DNA of 64,000 nt from Eledone cirrhosa (taxonomy: Eukaryota), in NCBI GenBank assembly GCA_964016885.1, contig OZ024741.1:317502001-317566000 (forward strand), in the 5' to 3' direction. Positions 14,211 to 27,130 of the stretch are shown piece after piece. The notes beneath the pieces were generated by a model. It did not search any database. It saw nothing but the letters and a program-made list of their open reading frames with translations, and was not told where the DNA came from. How positions within the stretch are numbered: position 1 is the stretch's first letter; every line of letters begins with the position of its first letter. A program made the position numbers and the translations under genes.

Positions 14211-14557
14211 TGGCTCTTAACAATCTCAGTTCAAATCTTGTTGCCATTAACTTTGCCTTTGATCCTTCGGAGTCCAGAGCGTGGGATTAGTAGAATTCTT
14301 AGAGCGTTGGACAAAATACCTTGTGGTATTTGTTCCGGCAGTCTGTGCTCTCAGTTCAAATCCTGCCGAGCCCAACTTTACATTTCACCTGGATCGATAA
14401 ATGAAAGGACCACTTGCTTCGCTCTATATTGGCAGTGTTGGACAAAATACCTTGCGGTATTTGTTCCTGCCCCTTACATTCTGTGTTCATATCCCACCAA
14501 AGTAGACTTTGCGTTCTATTCTTACGGGCTTGTATAAAATAGCTGTCCAGGGGCAAT

Positions 14558-15170
14558 GGGCTAGGGTTAACATTTGAGTTAGATTTAAGGTTAGGGTTAG
14601 GGTTAGGATTTGAGTTAGATTTAAGGTTAGGGTTAGGGTTAGGATTTGAGTTAGATTTAAGGTTAGGATTTGAGTTAGATTTAAGGTTAGGGTTAGGGTT
14701 AGGATTTGAGTTAGATTTAAGGTTAGGGTTAGGATTTGAGTTAGAGTTAAGGTTAGGGTTAGGGTTAGGATTTGAGTTAGATTTAAGGTCAGGGTTAGGA
14801 TTTGAGTTAGAGTTAAGGTTAGGGTTAGGGTTAGGATTTGAGTTAGATTTAAGGTTAGGGTTAGGGTTAGGATTTGAGTTAGATTTAAGGTTAGGGTTAG
14901 GATTTGAGTTAGATTTAAGGTTAGGGTTAGGATTTGAGTTAGAGTTAAGGTTAGGGTTAGAGTTAGGATTTGAGTTGGATTTAAGGTTAGAGTTAGTGTT
15001 AGGATTTGAGTTAGAGTTAAGGTTAGGATTTGAGTAAGAGTTAAGGTTAGGATTTGAGTTAGAGTTAAGGTTAGGATTTGAGTTAGAGTTAAGGTTAGGA
15101 TTTGAGTAAGAGTTAAGGTTAGGATTTGAGTAAGAGTTACGGTTAGAGTTAGGATTAGCGTTAGAGTAAT
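14558..15170 (+). repeat. Interstitial telomere-like array of TTAGGG and variant hexamers (TTAGGA, TTTGAG, TTAGAT/TTAGAG, TTAAGG)
   Basis: Strict 6-bp phase with ordered variant hexamers forming 24-36 bp higher-order units. Confidence 0.88.
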
Positions 15171-15392
15171 ATAAATGGATGGACATTATTCCTTCCTCTG
15201 ACTAAACAAATAAAATAAAATACTTCACTAAAAAAATGACTTTATCATTCCACCAATCACGTATCGAACAAGAAGCGAAGATCGATGCTGATTCAAAGTT
15301 CTTTTCAGTTCGATGAACTTTTACATTTCTATTCCACATGTTTCTCGTGTTAAACATGTGAGCCTTTGTAGAATCGTATTTGTGTCCATATT

Positions 15393-16262
<870 letters not shown>

Positions 16263-18898
16263 CCAAAATATGGGGTGAAAAGAAGAATTTCAACCAAGAT
16301 GCAGTGTGGCTAAGAGAAATCCGAAAGAACTATTGCTCCTACACTACAACAAAAACATACGAAATAAGTGAGGGTACCCTTGAGACTGTGATAGGAAAAC
16401 TCCAAGATAAGAAAACACCAGGAAGAGACGGCTACTGGGACAAAAAACTGATATTCTATCGGAGGTATCTTGAACTTGTTGGTAGACCTCTACCAACAAG
16501 TTCTTAAGGGAGATACACTTATACCAGAATGGTTGACATTAGCACAAACATTATTGGTCGCCAAGAACAAAGACATCCACTTGGTAAAAATCTACCGACC
16601 CATTGCATGCTAGAACCTGATGTATAAGATGTATACAGCCTGCCTGAACCTATTCCTCCAAGATCACTGTGAAAATAATAACATCATCACAGATGAACAA
16701 GCAGCTGGAAAGAAAGGGGTTTGGGGATGTGCTGAACAACTCCTAATCAACAAAACTGCGATGTCGGAGGTGCGACAACTTAGGAGGAATATGGCTACAG
16801 TCTGGCTGGATTACAGGAAAGCTTTCGATTCTGTTCCCCACTCTTGGATGATAGAGGCCCTCCAACTTGCTAAAGTTCCAGACATTATTGTCAGAGCCAT
16901 AAAGAGGCTGTCTTCTTGGGCTACTATCCTAAGGTTAAATACGGAGAGGGAGGACTCTATTTTCACTGATAAAATAAAATATCGCAGGGGTATATTTCAG
17001 GGGGACAGTCTCTCTGTGATATTATTCACCTTGTCATTAAAACCCTTGTCCTTTCTGCTCAAGAAATGTGAGGGATACATCATTGGCTCACAGGAGGACA
17101 GAAATACGAACCTAACCCATAATTTCTTTGTGGACGATCTGAAACTCTATGCCAAGAACATGGATGGGATGAAGAAAAATCTTGACCTGGTTACAACGTT
17201 CTCAAAGGATATAGGAATGGAGTTTGGCCAAGATAAATGCTCATACATGACTGTAAAGCGGGGAAAAACAACAACCCAATCTAGCAACATTGTCATCAAT
17301 GGCCTAACTGTTTCACCGATATCTGATGAGGAGTGCTACAGATACCTGGAGATAGATGAGAACATATCCTATAATGGTATCTGTAATAAGGAACGCGTAA
17401 CCAGGGAATACTACACCCGATTAAGAAAGATTTGGTCATCGGAACTCTCTGCGCAAAACAAAACACTGGCTCACAATGTGTTTGCTGTGCCTGTCCTAAC
17501 ACCAACGTTTGGAATACTCAATTGGACGATAGACGAAATCCGAGCAGTTGATGTTGGAACTCGAAAAATACTGAACAACACCGGAAACTTCCACATCAAC
17601 AGTGACATAGACCGCCTTTTCTTGAAACGTAAGCAGGGAGGCAGAGGCCTAACATCAGTCCAGACAACATTTGAATGTCGCATCATATCTCTCCGACATC
17701 TACGAACTTCGAAGCGTAGGAGCCCGTCTCTCGAGCAAGTCTATTTGCATGAGAGTTGGGAAGGAACTCCTCGAGAGATATACCGTGTGATAATCAAAAA
17801 CTCACACCCAGGGAAGTCGCTCAGCAGTATCGCAGTGAATCCATGGATGAAAAACTGCATGCTTATCAGCAAAAAATCATGCATGGGTATGTTGTCAGGA
17901 AGCTCCAGAGTGAGAGTAATATAGATAAGGAAAGTAGTCTATATTGGACCAACAACCGCTATATTGGCTCCCACTTTGAAGGATACGCTTTTGCAATCCA
18001 AGAACAGGAGATTAGCACGAAATACCTGATTCACAAAAGAGATATGGATGCAGGCAAAACACCTAAATGTGATAACAAGTGCAGACTCAACAGAACTAAC
18101 ATCGAGGATATCACCCATGTCATCGGCAGCTGTCCAAAGATGCCATCGCGGTACTATCTACCTATGAGGCATGATGTAGTGGCCAAAACACTGTACAATG
18201 CAGTTCGTAAAAAAAATAGCCCCGATAATAAACATTAAAAGCTACAGCAATGTGGAAGACATCCATGCACATAATATGAAAGAGTACTGGTGGAATGTTC
18301 CAGTAAAAACCCCTATCAAATGCAGGCATAACAGACCAGATATTATGATATGGGACAGGGAGAAGAAAGCATGCACAGTAGTGGAAATTAACTGCCTAGC
18401 AGATACCAATATAATATCAAAGATTAGCGAAAAGGAGAATATTTATGCAGAACTAATGAGAAATCTGCAGATACTCCACCCTGATTACCATTCAGATTTA
18501 TGCCTGTGATTATTAGGGCACTGGGGTATGTTAGTAACTGCCTCAATACAAATCTTGAGAAGCTAGGCTTCACAGGAACAGAAAGAACACAACTAGTTAG
18601 GAAATTACAAGTACAATCCATTAATAGAACAATAAAAATATGTAAAATATTCCAAAAATGTTGCATCTAATAACTGCATATACACATGTAGAGATACGAA
18701 GCATATACACATGCACACATACAACTCAAAACATACATATCCACACACAATAACATCCATACCTACACAAGCAGACATGCATACATGATCTACCTAGTTG
18801 ATGTTGTGTAAATTCCAATGAGAGAGTCTTGTGTCTATGTTAGAAACCGACTCTCTCTCTATTGGTAAAAATTTGTGAAATTATAAAACCAGAAGAAC
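16263..18898 (+). mobile_element. 5'-truncated R4/Dong-like non-LTR retrotransposon (RT + CCHC + restriction-like endonuclease), frameshifted
   Basis: Motifs YRPIAC, EQAAGKKG..GCAEQLLIN, WLDYRKAFDSVPHSW, GIFQGDSLS, HNFFVDDLKLY (ORF 16620-17924); then CRL..HVIGSC..RHD (17756-18238) and NRPDI..VVEI of the RLE domain (18198-18509). Stops and frameshifts present. Confidence 0.9.
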
Positions 18899-18995
18899 AT
18901 ATATACATATATATATAGAGAGAGAGAGGGGGTAAAACTATAATTCTATTTGTATGTAGATAGCCATATAGGAAAGTATATGATTGCCAAGTTAG

Positions 18996-19410
<415 letters not shown>

Positions 19411-20211
19411 CTATACTAACGTATATGCAGAAAATATACACGCGTATATGTATGTGTGTGTTTGTGTGCCCGTGTGTTAGTCTGCGTGTCTGTGTGTCTG
19501 TGTGTGCGTACATGTGCATGCATGATGATACCGTGTCCTTGTTTCTAAGACGAGTGCTACAGTTGTTTGATTAATGGAACAGCGTGTTCGTGAAATTAAT
19601 GTACAAGTGGCTGAGCATTCCACAGATGTGTATTTCTCATGGAAACTCAGCGCGATACAGTGTATAACAAAGCTGATATCAAGTTGCTCCAGTCCACAGA
19701 TACAACTCCTTTGTGTCAGCTGAATGGACTGGAGCAACGTGATATAAGCACGCCGCGGAAAGTCGAACCTACGATCTGGAGCTGAACAAACTAGCTCCTA
19801 GCCCTCTCAATATAAGTCTCAGACAGAATTACCAATGTTGACCATCTTGTATCTTATTCCATCAAATTTATTGAATACGCCACAAGGGACCAAACTTGAA
19901 GCCCCAGTCAACTCAAAATGTATATTAAATTTGACTCTACCACTTTGTATTGAGTCCTTTTAACACTGAACATTTGTTCTTATTTATTACTACTCTAAAG
20001 TTGTAGTGCTAATGCCACAATAAAATCACTCGCTGGTGCCACGATAAAAAGCACCCAGTACACCCTGTAAAATGGTAGGGTCACATTAAAATACGCTCAG
20101 TACATTCTGTAAATTTAAAGTGCTGGAGCCACGATAAAATGTACACATTACACTCTGTAAAATGGTAGTGCTGATGCCACGATTAAATGCACCCACTACA
20201 CTGTAAAATGG

Positions 20212-20490
20212 AAGCATGTGGCCTAGTGGTAAGGGTGTTGGACTTACGACCATAACGTTCAATTCCTGGACTGGGTTGTGTGTTGTGTTCTTGAGCAAAA
20301 CACTTCATTTCATGTTGCTCCAGTATACTCAACTAAAAATGAGTACCAGCAATAGCTGGGAGTTTAACCCTGCGATGGACTGGCGTCCTGTCCAGGGGTG
20401 GGGGTGTTGTACTCTCAGTCGCTTAATGCCATGGAAACCGGGATAAGCACGGGCCTGATGAGCCTTCGGGGTTTAAGACAGATTTTAGAC
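20212..20490 (+). mobile_element. tRNA-derived SINE
   Basis: Head TGGCCTAGTGGTAAGGG (A box) and GTTCAATTCC (B box); body with TTGAGCAAAACACTTCATTTCA and CCCTGCGATGGACTGGCGTCCTGTCCAGGGG. Related copies at 47355-47601 (-) and 37350-37545 (-). Confidence 0.8.
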
Positions 20491-20814
20491 TTTTGATTTA
20501 GACACACTACAAAGTGGTTAACATTATGAAGGACATCTAGCCATAGAAACCATACCAAAATATGGAACTTTGAAGATGTGGTTATCTGATCTGTTTAGTC
20601 TCCGACCCTAGCAACCTGTCCAAACCATCCTATTGCAACAAACATATCATTAGTCTATATATTTCTTCTTTTGTTGGTTTCAAGCGTTAGATGATGGCCA
20701 TGCTGGCGCAACGCATTGAAAAGCTTTGGACGATCATATGGACTCCAATACTTACTGGTTCAAATCTGATACTTATTTTATCGATCATCTTATATTAAAC
20801 CGCTGGTAAACGTA

Positions 20815-20922
20815 AACATACACACACACACACACTTACACACACACACACACACACATACACACAAACAAACGTACACATGTATACGTATACACACACA
20901 TATACATATACATGTATGTGTA

Positions 20923-21017
<95 letters not shown>

Positions 21018-21731
21018 ATATAGATAACTTGCACATGTGTATTCATTCGAACAAGTACATATACAGAAAAAATATCTACACACACAGGCAGAAATGAATT
21101 TACGCAAACACATTTATATGGTCACACAGACAGAAACGCATACACACACACAGAGACAAATAAATAGGACATACACACATAAGTACACACACATGTATTT
21201 ACAATACACACAAACACATACATGACACATACCTACGTATACACATATGTACAGACACAAACCCCAGAAACGCACACATACATACACACGTTTGCACACA
21301 CCCACACGTTTTGGCAGTACAGTACATCACTGAAGAGCAATGACCTCCTACACAGTTGGATGTATGTTAAGTGAAGGAGGTGCAACGGATGGGAGTGGCA
21401 GTGGGAGAAGTAAACGGTAGTGATGAGAGAAACTGAGAGGAAGGAGAAAGAAAGAGAGAGTGAGTGGTGTGAGTGGTGGTCTTGTAGGCAGAAACAGATC
21501 GATGATCCTGACCTAGATTCTCTTAACTCCCTCTCTCTCCTTCCTCTTATGTCTGCATATCTCTTTCACTCTCTCTCTCTCTATCTCTATATCGCTCTCT
21601 CTCTCTCTCTCTCCTTCCCCTTCCTATTGTATCTCACTCGTTCTCCTTATCTCTGTATATCTCTCCCCCTCTCTCTCTCTTTCTCTCCTATTCCTTGTCT
21701 GTGCGCGTTTGTATATATATATATATATATG

Positions 21732-21798
<67 letters not shown>

Positions 21799-21806
21799 TT
21801 CCTTCC

Positions 21807-21897
<91 letters not shown>

Positions 21898-21900
21898 TAA
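20815..21900. repeat. Cluster of (CA)n/(TG)n, (TA)n and (TC)n microsatellites
   Basis: Directly visible. Confidence 0.9.
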
Positions 21901-22372
21901 ACGAATCCTAGCAACCAAAGAACGTTAAAAAGCTATAGTATTGTTGTTTAACCCTAAATCAGCTAAGTGAAGGCGCCTGGTTTAGACTTTTCGATTTGTG
22001 ATAGTAAGTATGGTCATGGGTTCGATTCTCTTCGGTTCCTTTTATTTCACGTTTTCCCAGTCAACTGAAATGTCAAGCTGAATCTCCCAAATATATACGT
22101 TACGGATCCACGTGTATGTGGAATACTCAGCCACTTCTATCTATCTATCTATCTATCTAAGGGGTACAAACTCTTCGTGCTCCTGGAGATGAGGGTTGCA
22201 CATTTTTTTCGGGGATATGTGCTACCCATATGAACTGTCTCCTCCTATTGGGGAAAATCGATTAACTTTTAATTTACAATTGTGATAACATTTTACACGT
22301 TTTTATTGTATGTAAACTCCCCTCTTTGTAATTGTCCCCTTCTTTTGTGCCCCTGTGGCTAATAAAGAAACA

Positions 22373-22423
<51 letters not shown>

Positions 22424-22471
22424 ATCTAATTCTCTACTCTCCTTTGGGAATTCATAATATAGTTCTAACTT

Positions 22472-22539
<68 letters not shown>

Positions 22540-23630
22540 TCCAGGATTCCAGCCCTGCTCACGACCCCGCTGCCACACATGTCCTTTCCTCACCGACACC
22601 ACCACCCTCACCGACACCACCACTCTCACCCGATCCACCGACCGAACTTTCCACATTAGGGACTTCTTTCGCTGCACCTCCACCAGTTTCGTTTATGGAA
22701 ACTGTTGCGCGCTATGTGGCGCCCTCTATATTGGCCAAACAGGCCGCCGTTTGGCGGATAGATTTGCTGAGTACCTCCGAGACATCCGGCTAAGCGGCCC
22801 GTCTCCCATTGCCCAACATTTCTGCTCCGCCCGACACTCCACTGATGACCTCACAATTTTCGACCTCGCTGCGTGCATTGGACCACTGAAATCACGTCTC
22901 AGAAGGGAACAACCCCTTATTTTTTCTCCTGTCCACCTAGATTAAACGCACCACCTTTTTTCCCCAGCTAACGCCTTCACCACACCCATCACCCTTCCAC
23001 TCATGCACCCTCGAACCACCCCAACTACACACAAACTCCTCCACCAGCACACCTACTAACATGCACCAGCATATGGATAACACGCCCACCCAAATCGGGC
23101 GGGAACCCGCGCGCGTGCCCGGGCGTTTGACGCCACACGCACGCACAGCCTACGCTACTAATACTCACTAACCCCCATTAATATGACCAGAACTCCTGCA
23201 ACTAATACCATTAACATCCCTAACTCACCCTACCGCTTCTACCTACTTCCCCCGCCTCGTGGGTGGGGGCTTGCAAATCGATACATGTGCGTTTGTGTGC
23301 GCTCGCGCGCCTACGCATGCTGCCACATATTGCGCACTAGCAACATGGGTTTGTGCATGCTCGCTCGCGAGCACCTCCTCTTATCACACACTTGACCCAC
23401 GCGCTCGCACTCAATCAGCCTACACTACCAATCCACACAAATCTCCCCCCCCCCCACTAACATAGAACACCTACACATTACACAACTACATCACCAACTC
23501 ACTCCCCCCCCCCCCACTCCCACCTATGCGCCTGCTTTTACGTATATATATATTTATATGTGTGTTTGTGTGTGTGTGTGTGTTATTCCTGCTGAAGGGA
23601 AAATGCCCGATGCGTTGACTATGTAACTCT
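22540..23630 (+). mobile_element. Penelope-like element 3' fragment (GIY-YIG endonuclease remnant ~22660-22945 plus 3' region)
   Basis: Translation FRCTSTSFVY..C..CGALYIGQTGRRLADRFAEYLRDIR....PIAQHF...H is the PLE GIY-YIG signature. Degenerate hammerhead-like motif at 23588-23618. Confidence 0.8.
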
Positions 23631-24399
23631 TTCTACAAGCGTGAAACTAATATACTTTGTTTCCCTGACTTACGTGTGTGTGTGGGTGGGGGGTGTTTTG
23701 GGACGTAAAGAACACAACATAAAGAACGGCGATTTTTAGTAACATGAACAAAACGCACACACGCGCACACAGACACACACACACACACAGACACAGACAC
23801 ACACACGCACATCGGCGGTAAATTGGCAGTTGTTAGAGCGTAGGACACAATGCCATGCGGTATTTGTTACGGTAGTCCGCCCACTGGGCTCAAATCCCAC
23901 TGAGATCATATTTGTCTGACATCTCTTTAGCGTCAGTATAAAATACTGTACCAGTCTGGTTGGTGGAATTATGCGTTCCGATTTCAAATCCTACCGTGGT
24001 TAAATATACCACCTACTGGGTGATGGACTAAATCCATTGCTCGGTTTAACATCACAAGCTGGCTCTTTCATTGCTTTTGTTGAGTCCATTCTGTACCAAG
24101 TATTTGGGCCAGGTCTCCTGTTTGAGGACACCATCCTCCCTCACTCACTCCTTCCCCCTATAAGTTCCGGGGAGGTAGAGATTCGGAAGTATCATGAATT
24201 GTGTCCTTCCCTCCCTGTCTAAAACATTAACAAATGCAAAATAGATCAGTTTTGATATCGTAAATATAAACAACTCAAATGTTTTACTCTTTTCAGCCGT
24301 CGGGGTCCTGACTCTTTTCCTATTACCCACTCTACTACCCTAAGTATCGAGTACTCTGGTGCGTTATGGTCCACCTGGTTTCTTACCACACTTTCTTTG

Positions 24400-24433
<34 letters not shown>

Positions 24434-24435
<2 letters not shown>

Positions 24436-25478
24436 TAGCAGCAGTACCCAGCGTTGCCTGGGTAGGTAAAATAATATCTGCTTTGATGAAAAGGTGTTGA
24501 TCTTAGCGACTGCGAGTTTCTTGAAAATCGGTCGTAAGGTATAGCAAATGGCGAAATGTTGAGTGAAATCGTATGGAGTATATGGGAGGTGGAAAAAATC
24601 GTATTTTGAAGAGTTAAACGGCTGCCGCGCCGTCCCTGAACAAAAAATGGAAAGTGTAAAGCTACTATAAGATGTGCAATGATGGGTTCTATCGTAGTAT
24701 AAAAGTTGGACCAAATAAACTGATTTATGTGTGAGGTGGAGCCGAAGTTTCGAATTTGAACGAAATCGGTTGAAAAATGTGGGAGCTAATGATAGGTTCT
24801 ATCGTAGTATAAAAGTTGAACCAAATAAATTGATTTGTGTGTGAGGTGGAGCCGAAGTTTCGAATTTGAACGAAATCGGTTGAAAAATGTGGGATCTCGA
24901 GCCGAAGAGGCGAGAATTTGAGCGAAAAGGTAGTATTTTCGAATATTTAAGCGGCTGCCACGCTGTTCCTGAACAAAACATCGAAAATGAAAAGCCACTT
25001 TAAGACGTGAAATAATCAGATCTAGCGTGGTGTAAAATTTTAACAAAGTAGGTTGATTAATGTGGGAGCTAGAGCCGAAAAAGTGGAAATTTGAGTCTAA
25101 AAGTGGTATTTTTGAATATTTAAGCGGCTGCCACGCCGTCCCTGAACAACAAATGCAAAATATAAAGCCATTACAGGATGTGCAATGATAAATTCTATTT
25201 TGCTTTAAAATTTGAACGAAATCGGTGGCAAAATGTGGGAGCTAGTACCAAAAATCTTATTTTTCGATACCTAAAAAAAGGTGACCCCCCCCCCTATCGA
25301 TTTTTATCTGCAGGATGACCCCAGAATAAAAAACGATACGCTGATATATAGAAAACACTCCCTGATGATTAATCTATGAGCCTGTAAAGTTTCATGAAAA
25401 TCGGTCGTAAGATGTAGGCCCCTATAGGTAATACACAGACACACACACATACATATTTAATTTTATATATATACAGAT
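24434..25478 (+). mobile_element. Non-autonomous Helentron/DINE-like element with internal tandem repeats
   Basis: 5' ACTAGCAG..CCCAGCGTTGCCTGGG palindrome; internal ~109-bp and ~170-bp repeats; 3' AAAGTTTCATGAAAATCGG..(CA)n..TTTTATATATA. Same architecture as 36212-36711. Confidence 0.65.
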
Positions 25479-25554
25479 ATATATTGGAACTAGCTGTTGA
25501 AACGGAAAGAGCTCAGCCGTCGGGGTCCCGACTCTTGCATATATATATATATAT

Positions 25555-25668
25555 ATATTCATTTTATTAAGGCTAAATAGTGAGTCTTGTTACTCTGGAG
25601 TTTCGCCTGTTTATCACAGGGTCATCAGAGTAACAAGACTTACTATTTAACCTTAATAAAATGAATAT
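25555..25668 (-). other. 43-bp-arm hairpin enclosing a degenerate hammerhead-ribozyme-like core (probable Penelope/retrozyme LTR remnant)
   Basis: Arms 25555-25597 and 25626-25668 have 2 mismatches. Minus strand reads CTGATGA-C-CCTG-TGATAAA-CAGG-C-GAAA-CTC-CA-GAG-TA. Confidence 0.6.
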
Positions 25669-26223
25669 TTAAACTCTACTTCGGTATTGAGTACTATTTT
25701 CCCTCTGCCGTCAACCACATACAGATTTCTGCCCCCAGTTACATGTAGCCAGCCGAGCACTCTCGACGCTCAGACATCTTCACTTACCGGTTCATCATTC
25801 ATTGACACAGCAATGGTGTTTTGGTCACATTTTGTCGACTTTGGATGCATTTGATATTATACGTTTAGAGTGACCTCCCTTGGATCGTTTTTTTTTTTAT
25901 TTATTAGTGTTTATATTTTTGGCACAAGACCAACAATTACCCTAGTTCATTACTGGTGGTTTATTTTATCGACCCCGTAAGGATGAAAGGCAAAGTTAAC
26001 CTCAGCAGGATTTTAACTTAGACCGTAAAGGGCCGTAACTCTCTGCTGCAAAGCATGGCGTCCGTACCTCTACCGATACTGCATTATTGTAAGAGCAATA
26101 CCAGCAATTTCCGTGATGGAAGTATGAAATCCATTATATTAACACCAGTACTTGCCTAATACCTTATTTTATTGACCCCAGAAGGATAAAAAGCAAATTT
26201 GATCCTGATGGGATTTTAACATA

Positions 26224-26719
26224 CAGGGTGGTCCGAAAGTCTTGTCACCCCCTACCAAAAAGTAATGAGAAACAGTTTATGTTCCCATCGCAGTATCGCC
26301 TTCTTCGGAGGAGCTGGTTTGCCGAATCTTGCAGTGAAGTCATGTCGCACATCCTCCATGCTCTTGCCAGAATGCACACGATCATGTGTCCATACACTTG
26401 CAAGCAGCCTCTCTTCCAAACTGTAGGAACTCTGAAATAGAAAATTATATTATTATTGGTGGTTAATTGCTGACCTTGTGCCAAAAGTAGAAACAATTAT
26501 TATTATAATTAATTGTTTCTACTTTAGGCACAAGGCCAGTAATTAACCAGTGCATTACTGGTACTTTATTTTATCGACCCCGTAAGGATGAAAGGCAAAG
26601 TCAAACTCGGCGGGATTTGAACTCAGATCGTAAAGGTACGTAACTATGCTGGAAAGAATAGAGTAATGAAAGTTAAATCAATATGTGACAAGGAGTGACA
26701 ATACTTTCGGACCACCACG
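26224..26719 (-). mobile_element. Internally deleted Tc1/mariner element retaining the N-terminal HTH (DUF4817-like) of the transposase
   Basis: TIRs CAGGGTGGTCCGAAAGT..GTCAC / GTGAC..ACTTTCGGACCACCACG with TA on both sides. Minus strand 26270-26433 encodes SYSLEERLLASVWTH...DVRHDFTARFGKPAPPKKAILRWEHKLF. Confidence 0.8.
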
Positions 26720-27130
26720 TAGAATGTAAGGAGCGGACAGATACCGCAAGGTAATTATTCTGACATTGGCATATCGTTAAGAGTGATTTGCAAGGCTGGC
26801 GCTACCGTTAAAGCCAACTAGGTAGGTATTTTGAGCGCAGAGCTCAGAAAAATGCATTACTAAACCTTAAAGAATCAGCGTTATATAATTATAAACCATT
26901 AAACATCATGGTTGTGTAACAGTGGTATTGAAATGGTTTTACGGTGTTACGACCCGTCACATGATATGGCGTGGGTGAGTATGGATCGTGTTGTGAAAAA
27001 TGCAGGCTTAGTAATTATATAATTTCCTGCGATCAATAAATAAATCGCTAAACATCTTTGCTACGTTCCAGCGTTGTGAAAATATCTAAAGCAAAGTTGA
27101 AATTATTTTATTTAAGAGCATGGGGTGCAC

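Noticed and set aside
14356-15186. 276-aa Asn/Pro-rich ORF
   Set aside because: Translation of the telomere-like hexamer array.
20450-20470. CTGATGAG in the SINE tail as a hammerhead
   Set aside because: No downstream GAAA core or stem III.
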